From the NCBI GenBank assembly GCA_004347685.1, contig SLTJ01000037.1, forward strand, positions 7,417 through 71,416: 64,000 nucleotides of DNA. Direction: 5' to 3'. A program made the position numbers and the translations under genes. Below the pieces are notes generated by a model, which was not told the origin of the DNA, searched no databases, and saw only the letters and a program-made list of their open reading frames with translations. Positions 22,691 to 32,522 of the stretch are shown in pieces. This stretch comes from Clostridia bacterium. GTDB taxonomy: Bacteria; Bacillota; DSM-521; Neomoorellales; SLTJ01. The stretch's first letter is position 1. Every line of letters begins with the position of its first letter.

Positions 22691-24037
22691 TCAGAACTTG
22701 GTCAGGTACCTTTCCAGTTCCCAGGCGTGCACCTGCTGCCGGTACTCGGCCCACTCTACCTTCTTGGCTTCCATGAACCGGCCATAAATATGCGGCCCCA
22801 GGGCCTCCTGCAGCACCCGGTCTTCAGCCAGCACCTCCAGGGCCTGCGCCAGATCCGCCGGCAGGCTGGCTATGCCCAGTTCTTCCCTCTCGGACTCGGT
22901 CATCTCGTAGATATTGCGGTCCACCCGCGGCGGCGGCTCGATCCCCTGTTCGATGCCGTCCAGGCCGGCCTTGAGCATCACGGCAATGGCCAAGTACGGA
23001 TTGCACGCCGGGTCGGGGTTGCGCAGTTCCACCCGGGTGGAAAGGCCCCGCTTGGCCGGGATGCGGATCAGCGGGCTGCGGTTGCGCACTGACCAGGCCA
23101 GGTACACCGGGGCCTCAAAGCCAGGCACCAGCCGCTTGTACGAATTCACCGTAGGGTTGGTAATGGCGGCCATGGCCCGGGCGTGGTGCAGGAGCCCGCC
23201 GATGTACAAGTAAGCTTCCCGGCTCAACTGCAGCTCGGCGCCGGGATCGTAGAAGGCGTTGTCATCGCCCCGGAAGAGAGACTGATTGGTATGCATGCCG
23301 GAGCCGTTGATGCCGAAGATGGGCTTGGGCATGAAGGTGGCGTGCAGGCCATGGCGCTGGGCAATGGTGCGGACGACAAACTTGAAGGTGACGATGTTGT
23401 CGGCCGTAGTCAGGGCGTCGGCGTACTTGAAGTCTATCTCATGCTGGCCGGGCGCCACCTCATGGTGCGAAGCCTCAATCTCGTAGCCCATGCTCTCCAG
23501 GGTAAGGGCAATGTCCCGGCGCGCGTTTTCGCCCCGGTCCACCGGAGACAGGTCGAAGTAGCCGGCCTGGTCGTGGGTATTCAGCGTCGGCCGTCCATCC
23601 TCGGTGGTGTGGAAGAGAAAAAACTCACATTCAGGACCTACGTTCATAGTATACCCTTCGGCCGCCGCCTCGGCCAGCACCCGGCGCAGGTTGGCCCGCG
23701 GGCAGCCAGCAAAAGGCGTCCCGTCAGGATTATAAACATCGCATATCAGCCTCGCCACCGCGCCCTCGCTGGGCCGCCAGGGGAAAACGGCAAAGGTGTT
23801 GGGATCCGGCCGCAGGTACATGTCGGATTCCTCAATGCGGACAAAGCCGTCAATGGACGAGCCGTCAAACATCAGCTCGCCTTCCAGGGCCTTCTCCAAC
23901 TGGTCGGCGGTGATGGCCACGTTCTTCAGCACCCCGAAAATATCGGTGAACTGCAGGCGGATAAACTCCACTCCCTGGTCTTCCACCTTCTTCAATACGT
24001 CCTCCTTGGTAAGTCGCGACAATCTGTTTACCCCCAT
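22691..24037 (-). CDS. glnA: Glutamine synthetase type I (copy 1)
   Basis: 448 aa from [17 protein letters not shown] motifs [19 protein letters not shown]. The ORF-track extension to 24133 is leader RNA. Confidence 0.9.
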   Translation of the reverse strand: MGVNRLSRLTKEDVLKKVEDQGVEFIRLQFTDIFGVLKNVAITADQLEKALEGELMFDGSSIDGFVRIEESDMYLRPDPNTFAVFPWRPSEGAVARLICDVYNPDGTPFAGCPRANLRRVLAEAAAEGYTMNVGPECEFFLFHTTEDGRPTLNTHDQAGYFDLSPVDRGENARRDIALTLESMGYEIEASHHEVAPGQHEIDFKYADALTTADNIVTFKFVVRTIAQRHGLHATFMPKPIFGINGSGMHTNQSLFRGDDNAFYDPGAELQLSREAYLYIGGLLHHARAMAAITNPTVNSYKRLVPGFEAPVYLAWSVRNRSPLIRIPAKRGLSTRVELRNPDPACNPYLAIAVMLKAGLDGIEQGIEPPPRVDRNIYEMTESEREELGIASLPADLAQALEVLAEDRVLQEALGPHIYGRFMEAKKVEWAEYRQQVHAWELERYLTKF

Positions 24038-24132
24038 TCTAGCGTAGATAGGAATCCTTTGAGGCAAACCGCGGCCCGTTTCCTGTCCGGGGCACCTCAA
24101 CCCTGGCAATTGCGCCCAGCCTGGAAGCCGCA

Positions 24133-24260
24133 ATAAAAATAAAAAGTCCCTCCGGAGGCAGATATACTGCTCCGGAAGGACTCCATCGCCTCTCCAGGCC
24201 CATGGACGCCATTGCCCACCTGGCTCCCTCTATTATATCCTCCTCGCGAGAAATCGTCAA
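24133..24260 (-). promoter_or_regulatory. glnA-1 promoter plus ANTAR-type antiterminator/terminator leader
   Basis: TTGACG-17-TATAAT (24260-24232). Hairpin GGGC-AAUGGC-GUCC at 24204-24217 (hexaloop with A1 and G4). A second GGC-GAUGGA-GUCC hairpin has its 3' arm inside the 13-bp terminator AGUCCUUCCGGAG/CUCCGGAGGGACU plus UUUUUAUUUUU. Confidence 0.65.
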
Positions 24261-24553
24261 TGGTACGTTCGCTTCTTCTCACCGCCTACCCCGCGCAGGG
24301 CGGCCACGACCAGAAGGAGGAGGGGGATTACCGCCTGGAAATGCGGGGCCATGAAGGGATAAACTGGGGGGCATTATCCCATAGGACTAAGGAAAGGAAG
24401 ACCAGGGCTACGGCCACGGCCGGGACAGGCGTGGAAAAAGGTGAAGGAGACGTGGCCCGAGGAATTCAAACGCCTCCGGTGCAGGTGAGCGTAGAGTTCA
24501 AGCTCCGGCGTACCGGCCTCTCCGGCCCGGGGCTGAAGATCGGCAGGTAAAAC

Positions 24554-25240
24554 CTACCCCAGTGTCAGCAACTGCAGCTTCCCGGTCAGCACCAGGAGGC
24601 CAAATGCCACCAGGATCAGCCCGCCGACCAGAGAGACATGGGGCAGGTAGCGGTTGAAAAAGCGGCGGAAGCGGCTGAAGTAGCCGAGGAGAAGGGCCGC
24701 CAGGAAGAAGGGCAGGCCCAGGCCCAGGGAATACAGCCCCAACAGGTATACCCCCTGCCCGACCGTCTGGGCGCTGGCGGCATACACCAGGATCGAGGCC
24801 AACACCGGACCCACGCACGGGGTCCAGCCCACGGCAAAGGCCATGCCCAGGCCCAGGGCCGGGAAAAACCCCATGGCCCGCGGCCGGTAGTCCACCCGCT
24901 GCTCCCGGTACAGGCCGGGAATACGGATCAGGCCCGTCATGTATATCCCGAAGGCGATGATAAAAATGCCGGCCACCCGCTGCCAGACGTCCCGGTAACC
25001 GAGGAGGAGCTGGCCGATAAAGCTGGCCGAGGCGCCCAGAGCCACAAAAACTAAGGAAAAACCAAAGATAAAGGCCAACGCCCGCCAGGCCACCAGCCAG
25101 CGCGAAGCGGACCCGCCGGCGCCCCATTCCGCCGCCGAGCTACCGGTCAGGTAAGTAACGTAGGCCGGAATTAAAGGCAGTACACAAGGCGATACAAAGG
25201 AGACCAGCCCGCCGCCAAAGGCAAAAAGTCCGGATACCAT
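24554..25240 (-). CDS. ccdA: Cytochrome c biogenesis thiol-disulfide transporter CcdA (DsbD family)
   Basis: SFVSPCVLPLIPAY and PCVGP motifs, six TM helices. Start at MVSGLFAFGGG is inferred. Confidence 0.85.
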   Translation of the reverse strand: MVSGLFAFGGGLVSFVSPCVLPLIPAYVTYLTGSSAAEWGAGGSASRWLVAWRALAFIFGFSLVFVALGASASFIGQLLLGYRDVWQRVAGIFIIAFGIYMTGLIRIPGLYREQRVDYRPRAMGFFPALGLGMAFAVGWTPCVGPVLASILVYAASAQTVGQGVYLLGLYSLGLGLPFFLAALLLGYFSRFRRFFNRYLPHVSLVGGLILVAFGLLVLTGKLQLLTLG

Positions 25241-25538
25241 TTCCGTCGCATGCGCACCCTCCCCAAAGCAACATCCACAGAAGCACCCGCAGGGGATAAC
25301 TGCTTCTCTCACTTTTAGTATACTATACACCTCTTATACTGTCAATTCATTCCTGTTCTTACCAGGCATCTTCCCACCACTACATTGGCCCTATGAATGG
25401 GCGGGGGAGTCCTAGGCTCGCGCTGCCACCTGCGCCTAAGGGGCCGGGCCGACATGAAAAAAAGCACCTTTTAGCAAAGGTGCCTTTTTTCAAGTTACAA
25501 GAGAAAGCCCCTAAACTCAGGGGCCTCCAAAGCAAGCC

Positions 25539-25832
25539 TTACGCATGCATGGTTTGTTGTTGTTGTTGTTGCTGCACGTTCCTAGCCATCTGCTGCAGCA
25601 GGCTGATGTCCTGGGAATCAGCCGGGCTAAGCTGGTACCAGCCTTTATTGTTCAGGGCGTTGAAGATCTGGTGTTGGAGGTTAAGCTCGTCCTGGTAGAT
25701 GGAATTGAAATCACGCAAGAGTTGATCCGAGGCGCATTCCATTACCGCGCGGTTGTACCCGTCGAGGAGGAGCTTCTGGCTTCCCAGGGCGTCACTCATG
25801 CAGAAGCGATCATCAAGTTGAACCACCGGCAT
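25539..25832 (-). CDS. Spore coat protein F (Coat_F domain) family protein with a poly-Gln tail
   Basis: DALGSQKLLLDGYNRAVMECASDQLR...NNKGWY pattern typical of Coat_F. The C-terminal QQQQQQQ is encoded by (CAA)6. Confidence 0.7.
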   Translation of the reverse strand: MPVVQLDDRFCMSDALGSQKLLLDGYNRAVMECASDQLLRDFNSIYQDELNLQHQIFNALNNKGWYQLSPADSQDISLLQQMARNVQQQQQQQTMHA

Positions 25833-25877
25833 TATATTATCCTGACCTCCTTTTCGGTAATTGCCCGGTCCATGCCG

Positions 25878-26081
25878 TTACATCATCGGCTGGCCGGCAT
25901 TGATATGGCGCAGCAGCATATCGCGGTGCCGCTGGTGCAATTGCTGGGCATTGAGGCACGTTTGCTTCAATTGCGGATCTGAGACGATATTGGCAAAAGC
26001 ACCATACTTCTGGATCATAAGCGTCTCGGCACTCAGGTTTTCTCGCAGCGACATTACTTCCGCCTGGGTCAAATTGGCCAT
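25878..26081 (-). CDS. Small spore-coat-associated protein (CotF-operon partner-like)
   Basis: 67-aa ORF immediately upstream of the Coat_F gene. The LTQAEVMSLRENLSAE..KYGAFA pattern resembles small coat-F-like proteins. Confidence 0.5.
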   Translation of the reverse strand: MANLTQAEVMSLRENLSAETLMIQKYGAFANIVSDPQLKQTCLNAQQLHQRHRDMLLRHINAGQPMM

Positions 26082-26096
26082 GGAAAGTCTCCTTTC

Positions 26097-26333
26097 TCAT
26101 TGCAGGATTTTCTCCAACCGGTTGCGGTCAAAACCGACTATGGTTTCCCCCTTCACCACCATTGTCGGCACGGCCAGCCGGCCGGTACGGCTGTACATCT
26201 CGTCCCGCGCCGCGTCATCTTCGGCCACGTTAAACTCCTTGAAGGCCACCCCTTTTTGGGAAAGAAACTCTTTCACCTGGGCACAATACGGTCAGGTGGG
26301 CGTAGTATAGACTATCACCGGCTGATCAGCCAT
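26097..26333 (-). CDS. Glutaredoxin-like protein with in-frame UGA (putative selenocysteine) at the first position of the CPYC redox motif
   Basis: Minus strand: MADQPVIVYTTPT-TGA-PYCAQVKEFLSQKGVAFKEFNVAEDDAARDEMYSRTGRLAVPTMVVKGETIVGFDRNRLEKILQ*. TGA at 26292-26294. RBS GGAGGG. A hairpin GG(U)GAAAG-AGUUU-CUUUCC begins 14 nt downstream of the UGA. Not in the ORF track. Confidence 0.8.
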
Positions 26334-26453
26334 GGTCATCCCTCCTGGTGCTATTATTTCCCCTTCTCCAGGACGTATGCACAGAAAGCAAAAACCAGGA
26401 AAGCACCATAATAATCTTTGGGCCCAGCGCCAGGGCTGGCGCCTCGCACGTTC

Positions 26454-27833
26454 CTAATGTCTGTGCACCAGGGAGGTGAGCATAGTGCGGGCGCTGGCCA
26501 TGGCCAGGCTGCCAAAGCCGCCGTAAGACTGAAATATGCTTTCTAGGGATTCCACCAGCCGGTCCAGGTCGGCATAGTCTACAATTAAAGGCGGTTCGAG
26601 ACGGATCACGTTGGGATTGTTAAGGGTATAAGCAGTAATAATCTGGTGAGTATTGATTAATTTTCCAGCAATCAAGGAAGCCAGATACTCCTCACTGAAT
26701 TTATTCACCACCTGACCGGTTACCTTTTCCCATAAGCCCTTGGTCGGCTGGGAGAACTCCATGCCGATCATCAGCCCCCGGCCTCGCACCTCTTTAATTA
26801 ACGGGTATTTTTCGGACATGGAGTTAAGTCTGGCCAGCAGGTACTCGCCCTTTTCCCTGGCCTGGCCAGGCAAGTCCTGGGAGATGATGACCTCCAGGGC
26901 TGCGATCCCGGCCGCGGCCGCCCAGGTGTTGCCCCCGAAGGTGGAAGTGTGCAGCAGGCATTTATCCATGGCACCGTAAGCCTTGTCCCAGATAGCCGGG
27001 GTGGTGACAAAAACCCCGATGGGCATGATCCCGCCGCCCAGGGACTTGGCCAGGCAGAGGACATCCGGCACCACGTCCTCGTGCTGGACGGCAAAAAGGT
27101 ATCCAGTCCGCCCCAAGCCGGTCTGCACCTCATCCACAACCAGCAGCGTGCCGTAACGGCTGCAGAGTTCCCTGGCCCCGGCCAGGTAGCCGTCCGGCGG
27201 GACGATTATCCCGCCCTCCCCCTGGATGGGCTCGACGATGAAGGCCGCCACATCCTGGGTCTGCAAGACCACCCGCAGGCTGTCCAGATCCCCGTAGGGG
27301 ATGGCCTGGCAGTCCGGCACCAGGGGACGGAAGGGCTTCTGGTATTTCTCCCGGCCGGTGACCGAGAGGGAGCCCAGGGTCTTGCCGTGGAAGGAACCGT
27401 GACAGTATACGATCTTGCTGCGGCCGGTGGCCATCCGCGCCAGCTTCAGCGCCCCCTCCACCGCCTCCGTGCCGCTGTTGCCGAAGAAGCAGCGGCTGAG
27501 GTTGCCGGGGGTCACCTCGGCCAGGTTGGCGGCCAGGGCACTGGCCACGGCGCCTAAAGAGGCCTGGAGGATATTGGGCGCCTGCCGCACCTTTTCAATG
27601 GCAGCCATTATTTCCGGGGGGTTGTGGCCCAGGTTCAGGGCGCCGTACCCGCCCAGGAAGTCTGTATAACGTTTCCCTTCGGCGTCCCAAACGTAAGCCC
27701 CTTCGGCCCGGACAAAACGCTTGTCAAAATCGAGCAGGCCGAGCATCCCGGCCAGCCCGGGGTTCACGTGCCGCTGGTAGTTCTCCCGCACCTGCTGGCG
27801 GGTTAACCGCAACGCTTCGTCTACACTAAACAT
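26454..27833 (-). CDS. Class III pyridoxal-phosphate aminotransferase (acetylornithine/putrescine/GABA type)
   Basis: GNSGTEAVE, DEVQTGLGRTG and the LAKSLGGG PLP-lysine context. Start at MFSVDEALRL is inferred. Confidence 0.85.
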   Translation of the reverse strand: MFSVDEALRLTRQQVRENYQRHVNPGLAGMLGLLDFDKRFVRAEGAYVWDAEGKRYTDFLGGYGALNLGHNPPEIMAAIEKVRQAPNILQASLGAVASALAANLAEVTPGNLSRCFFGNSGTEAVEGALKLARMATGRSKIVYCHGSFHGKTLGSLSVTGREKYQKPFRPLVPDCQAIPYGDLDSLRVVLQTQDVAAFIVEPIQGEGGIIVPPDGYLAGARELCSRYGTLLVVDEVQTGLGRTGYLFAVQHEDVVPDVLCLAKSLGGGIMPIGVFVTTPAIWDKAYGAMDKCLLHTSTFGGNTWAAAAGIAALEVIISQDLPGQAREKGEYLLARLNSMSEKYPLIKEVRGRGLMIGMEFSQPTKGLWEKVTGQVVNKFSEEYLASLIAGKLINTHQIITAYTLNNPNVIRLEPPLIVDYADLDRLVESLESIFQSYGGFGSLAMASARTMLTSLVHRH

Positions 27834-27996
27834 ATCCCCATCACCTTTTCTCGGAGGCCGCCCGCAAAACCTCGCCTGGCCTTGTCGGTCTAGCCATCCG
27901 GCGCTCATGTACTGCCAAGACACACTCTAGTATCGCCGGCTTCGCGTTGGCGCCATACTCGTTTTAACCCAGCCTCCGGGCCTTCAGCAACATACT

Positions 27997-29034
27997 CTAC
28001 CCCGGCTGGGAAACCCGCACCGGCGCCCGGCGGGCCAGCCGCAACAGCACCGGCGCCCCGGCGAGAATACCCGAATGATAGGTGAGGATACGCCAACCGG
28101 CCACAAAGGTGGCCAGGAGGCCCTTGGGCACCGCCGAGGCGAAAAGGGAGGCCATACCCAGCTCGGCTACCCCGCTGCCGCCCGGCAGGGGGATATAGGA
28201 GATCACGAAGTACAGCACTATCTGCCGGGCCACCGTCAGGGTCACCGGGATATTCAGGCCCAGGCCATACAGCAGCACCGGCCCAATGGCAAAGAAGGTA
28301 ATCCAGATTAGCATAGTATATAGTAACACCAGCCCCAGCTTCCATCTATCCCCTCTAAACAGCAAGGCCAGGGTGTTGCTGAAGACTAGCAACTGCCGGT
28401 AGGCCTTGAGGGAACTGCCATTCGGGTCGGGTAGGAATCTCTTGACCGGTCTGAGATTGACCGCCCACCGCACCAGGTGGCGGATGGAGGCCGGGTGCAG
28501 GAGGAGGTAGAAGAAAATAGCGATGAGCCCCAGGATGAAGATAACTATGGCCATCACCAGGACCTGCAGCCACCAGGTAAAACCCATCATGGAGTTAAAG
28601 AAGATCAGGATCAAAGGTACGGTAATGATAAAAAAGGCAAAGGTCAGGAGCAGCCGCATGGTGACCAGGGTCAAGGACTGATCCAGGGGCAGCCCTTTCC
28701 GGCACAGGAAATATGTAGCTACCGGGGGTCCACCGCTGGAAAAGGGGGTGATGTTGGCGGCAAAACTGCTGGCCAGATGTACTTCCAGGGCATCGAGCAG
28801 CCTGATTTTGCCGCCAATTATCTGCAAGCAGACCTGCAGGCGCAACCCTTCCATAATCCAGAGTAAAAGGACAAAGCCTATCGAAGCCAGCAAATAAACG
28901 GGCCGCATGCCCGCAAGCATCTGCCATCCGCCTTCCCCGGCGGTGGCGGCAAATACGGCCGCTATGCTGGCCGCGCTGAGGCTCACGGTCACCGCCAACC
29001 ACAGGCGCTGCTTGCCAACCAGTTCAACCGCCAT
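27997..29034 (-). CDS. Lysylphosphatidylglycerol-synthase-TM / flippase-like (UPF0104) membrane protein, paralog A
   Basis: About 8 TM helices and the conserved PLPGGSGVAELG motif. Paralogous to 31246-32295. Confidence 0.7.
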   Translation of the reverse strand: MAVELVGKQRLWLAVTVSLSAASIAAVFAATAGEGGWQMLAGMRPVYLLASIGFVLLLWIMEGLRLQVCLQIIGGKIRLLDALEVHLASSFAANITPFSSGGPPVATYFLCRKGLPLDQSLTLVTMRLLLTFAFFIITVPLILIFFNSMMGFTWWLQVLVMAIVIFILGLIAIFFYLLLHPASIRHLVRWAVNLRPVKRFLPDPNGSSLKAYRQLLVFSNTLALLFRGDRWKLGLVLLYTMLIWITFFAIGPVLLYGLGLNIPVTLTVARQIVLYFVISYIPLPGGSGVAELGMASLFASAVPKGLLATFVAGWRILTYHSGILAGAPVLLRLARRAPVRVSQPG

Positions 29035-29050
29035 CTTTGCTTTCCCCCTG

Positions 29051-30436
29051 CTACTGCGCCGCCTTTATCGCCTTCTCGACCTGCGCATCGCCGTGGGTTT
29101 CTTCCCAGATCTGGTCCGCCAGCTCACCCCACGCTTCAGAGTACGGCTCTATCTTCCCCACAAACTCGTCAATGGTCTCGTTGGCGTGGAGTTGCGTCGG
29201 GTAGGCCCCGGATTCATGGATAATATCCCGCAACATTTCCGGGTTATCAATGATGGGGCAGGGCCGGCGCAGGTTGGTGTTAAAGGGCTGCCGCTTCTGA
29301 TAAGCCTTGAACAGCGGGTTCCCCAAGGCTTCCTTAAGGCTGATATCCTTAATATTGCAGGTGGAGTAATGCACAAAGGCGCAGGGCTCCACTTCACCGG
29401 AGGCATTGATGTGGAAGTAGGTCCGCCCGCCGGCGATACAGCCATTGACCGCCTCGCCGTCATTCCAAAAATCGCATAGAAAGATAGGCTTTGTCTGCCG
29501 GAAATACTGAATACGTTCATACATGTAGGCCCGCTGTTGGGGCGTAGCCATGAATTCCAGATCCACGTCCTTGCCGATGGGAATGTAGGTGAAGTACCAG
29601 CCGTAGGCCACCCCCTTGTCGCACAGCAGGTCAACGAACTCATCGCTGCCCACTTCTTCCGTATTCTTCCGGGTGTAGGTCACGGAGACGCCGAAAACGA
29701 TCCCGTTTTCCCGCAGCAGGTCCATGGCCCGCATGACCTTCTTAAACACGCCGTGCCCGCGACGCTCGTCAGTAGTCTGCTCCATACCCTCCAGGCTGAT
29801 GGCCACCGTGATGTTCCCCACCCGCTTCATATCGGCCACAAAGGCCTCGTCTATGAGGGTACCATTGGTGAAAAGGTGGAACACCTGTCCAGGATGTTTC
29901 TCCGCCAAGGCCACAATATCCTGCTTGCGCATCAACGGCTCGCCGCCGGAAATGACGATAAAGTAAATCCCTAGTTCCTCGGCCTCGGTCAGGATGCGGT
30001 CCATGGTAGCAAAATCCAGTTCCTGCTTACGCTGGTAATCGCCGGCCCAGCAGCCGGTGCAGTTGAGGTTGCACTTTTCCGTGGGGTCCATGAGGATACC
30101 CCAGGGAACATGGGCGCCGATCTCCTCGCTAGCCTTTTTCTGGCGCGGGATGCCGAGCAGACCGGCATTAATGAAGAAATTAACAGCCAGTTGCTGCCGG
30201 ATCTTGGGGTGCGTCTCGGTAAGCATCCGGTGCGCCAGTTGGTACCAGTTGTTATCCCGGTCGTCAACCAGGAAATGCCTGAAGCTCTTGATAAACTCCT
30301 TGTGTCTGGGATCGCGGGCAATCTTGTCGCCCCAGTTCAACAAGAAGACAATATTGCGCTCCGGGTCTCCTCGCAGGATCAATTTAATACCCTGCTGCAA
30401 GAATTTCTCTCCCAAATAACTCTCCGCTAAGTTCAT
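29051..30436 (-). CDS. Radical SAM protein with a ~130-aa N-terminal extension and a SPASM/twitch-like C-terminal Cys region
   Basis: CNLNCTGCWAGDY (CxxxCxxC), GGEPL, C-terminal CIAGG...GEVEPCAF...CPIID. ATG at 30436 after AAGGAGG. Confidence 0.85.
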   Translation of the reverse strand: MNLAESYLGEKFLQQGIKLILRGDPERNIVFLLNWGDKIARDPRHKEFIKSFRHFLVDDRDNNWYQLAHRMLTETHPKIRQQLAVNFFINAGLLGIPRQKKASEEIGAHVPWGILMDPTEKCNLNCTGCWAGDYQRKQELDFATMDRILTEAEELGIYFIVISGGEPLMRKQDIVALAEKHPGQVFHLFTNGTLIDEAFVADMKRVGNITVAISLEGMEQTTDERRGHGVFKKVMRAMDLLRENGIVFGVSVTYTRKNTEEVGSDEFVDLLCDKGVAYGWYFTYIPIGKDVDLEFMATPQQRAYMYERIQYFRQTKPIFLCDFWNDGEAVNGCIAGGRTYFHINASGEVEPCAFVHYSTCNIKDISLKEALGNPLFKAYQKRQPFNTNLRRPCPIIDNPEMLRDIIHESGAYPTQLHANETIDEFVGKIEPYSEAWGELADQIWEETHGDAQVEKAIKAAQ

Positions 30437-30449
30437 TGAGACGACCTCC

Positions 30450-31178
30450 TTAACTGGGATTACTGCCGGCGACATCCGCTTCCTGCGGCCATAACCTGGC
30501 GACGGTGTCCACGGCAAAACTCCTCAGGGCTTCCTGGGCCGAGGGATCGAGCTTCCTGGCTTTCTCCTCGTAGGCCGGCAGGTACCCCAGCCAATCAGTG
30601 CCGATCTCCCCTGAGGCGTGATGGTTGAGGCTCAAGGCCAGAAGGCAACTGGCAAACACTACCAGGGACGATTTGGGGGCCAGGAGGAGCGACACTAGGT
30701 TCCCCAGCAGCACTGATTCACCGCTGTTGCCCTGGGTAACGGCCCGGTAGGCCAGTAACGAGATAACCATCAGGTACGCACAAAAAATCAACGGATTATG
30801 CACATTGCCTATTTCAATCATTATCTGGTGGATAATCTCGCCGGTACCCCGCTGCCGGCTTTCCTCGATAAAGTGACGTAGCTTGGTTTTGGCTCCTTCC
30901 CATACCTCCTCCCATTCCCATGTTTTCTGCGCCAGGGCCTCTTTGCCCGCCGGACTGAGCTTAAACAGGACCCGCGACCGCCCGACCGCCGGCTCGCTGC
31001 CTCTGGCCTCCCGCTCCACCACCAGGTAACCGTTGCTGGCCATGGCATTCAGCACGTCATACGCTGTCCACTTACTCACGGCCAGAAGTTTGGCCACATC
31101 GCTGTAATGCACGCCTTCATGGTCAGTATCCAGGTAGGCCACGGCCTGCAAGAACTGCTTCTGCCTAGCTGTAAGCAT
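30450..31178 (-). CDS. Putative winged-helix transcriptional regulator with an uncharacterised C-terminal domain
   Basis: The N-terminus LTARQKQFLQAV...YSDVAKLLAVSKWTAYDVLNAMASNGYLV resembles DtxR/MarR-type wHTH. The C-terminal half is hydrophobic. Confidence 0.55.
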   Translation of the reverse strand: MLTARQKQFLQAVAYLDTDHEGVHYSDVAKLLAVSKWTAYDVLNAMASNGYLVVEREARGSEPAVGRSRVLFKLSPAGKEALAQKTWEWEEVWEGAKTKLRHFIEESRQRGTGEIIHQIMIEIGNVHNPLIFCAYLMVISLLAYRAVTQGNSGESVLLGNLVSLLLAPKSSLVVFASCLLALSLNHHASGEIGTDWLGYLPAYEEKARKLDPSAQEALRSFAVDTVARLWPQEADVAGSNPS

Positions 31179-31245
31179 CCAACGCCTCCTTCCCAAGAAA
31201 CCCAAAAATACTTTAGAACTAATTGTAGCACAAATGGCCCGCGTG

Positions 31246-32295
31246 TCAATCCCATTTCAGACGACCCGGCACAAAAACCGCCCGCTGCGCCAGACGCCAA
31301 AGGAAGATCCATCCTGCCAGGGCGGTCAGGTAGTAGGTAAAAAAGCGCCACCAAGCCACAAAAACCGGCAGAATATCGGCCGGCACCAGCCCGGCGAAAA
31401 GGGAGGCCAGACCCAACTCCGCTACCCCGCTGCCGCCGGGCAGCGGGACGTAAGACATGACGAAGTACAGGACCATCAGGCGGACCAGGGCCCGCAGGTA
31501 AGGGACGGAGAAGCCAAGGCCGGCCAGCAGGAGCGGCGCCACCGAAAAATACAAGGCCCAGTATGCCGCCGTAAGGAGGAAAACCACAGCCAAGGGCAGG
31601 AGGCCACGGCTCAGTCCCAGGGATAGCGCGTCGCGCATATCTGCCGTGCCGCGGGCAATCCTTTCCGGCCATGTTCCTGCCCGCCGCGCCAGCCGGAGCC
31701 AGCGCAAAACCGCGACCGCCGCCTTGATTGTTTTTCGCACTGCGGGTGGCCGCCACAGCAAGTAGAAAAATCCGACAGAGATGCCGACCAGGGCGGCGAC
31801 GGTAACCAGAATCAAGATGCGCACCAGCGGGTTCACAGGAACGGACGCCTCATAGAATACGAGAACAAGTGGGGTGACCAAGCCGAAAAACGAGAGGGTG
31901 AAAAGCAGGCGCAAAGTCACGACCAGGGCCGACTTGGCCGGGCTCACCCCCTCCTGGCTGAGGAAATAGGCCTGGGCCGGCGGCCCGGCCGCACCCAGAG
32001 GGGTAACGGCCGAGAGGAAAGCCGCTCCCATATTCACCTGGAATACCTCCCATACCGAGAAGCGCTTCCCGAGGATGCGCAGAATCAGCCAGACGCGCAA
32101 GGCCTCGACCAGCCAGTAGCCCCCCACCAGGCTGGTGGCCACGGCCGCCACCTCAGGCGGCAGGAGACGCAGGTTATGCCAGGAAAAGCCATCCGGGGCC
32201 AGAATAAAGACCAGGGCCAGGGAGCCCAGGCTGAGGGCCAGGGCCACCAGGGCCATTTTCCAGTTGAACAACCTATTGTTGCCATTGCCAGCCAT
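31246..32295 (-). CDS. Lysylphosphatidylglycerol-synthase-TM / flippase-like (UPF0104) membrane protein, paralog B
   Basis: Same architecture and PLPGGSGVAELG motif as 27997-29034. Confidence 0.7.
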   Translation of the reverse strand: MAGNGNNRLFNWKMALVALALSLGSLALVFILAPDGFSWHNLRLLPPEVAAVATSLVGGYWLVEALRVWLILRILGKRFSVWEVFQVNMGAAFLSAVTPLGAAGPPAQAYFLSQEGVSPAKSALVVTLRLLFTLSFFGLVTPLVLVFYEASVPVNPLVRILILVTVAALVGISVGFFYLLWRPPAVRKTIKAAVAVLRWLRLARRAGTWPERIARGTADMRDALSLGLSRGLLPLAVVFLLTAAYWALYFSVAPLLLAGLGFSVPYLRALVRLMVLYFVMSYVPLPGGSGVAELGLASLFAGLVPADILPVFVAWWRFFTYYLTALAGWIFLWRLAQRAVFVPGRLKWD

Positions 32296-32522
32296 GGACG
32301 AATTATGCCCTGGTTAGTTATTGTTTATGCGGGCGGGCAGAGGCTATGTCCGCGGCATGCCCGCCCCCGTTATTCACCCTTGATCAAATCCACCTCGCCA
32401 AAGGAAAAAGGCAGCCCTGTTTGAGCTGCCCAAACATATAATATCCTGTGCACCCTGCCACGGACCAGGTGCTGGGTGCCGTAGTTAGCCTACCGTAACT
32501 ATCTCCAGTAGATGTCTGCTCT

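Noticed and set aside
25554-25574. (TTG)6 / (CAA)6 trinucleotide repeat
   Set aside because: It encodes an in-frame poly-Gln tail of the CotF-like protein. Copy changes keep the frame, so it is a low-complexity tail rather than a switch.
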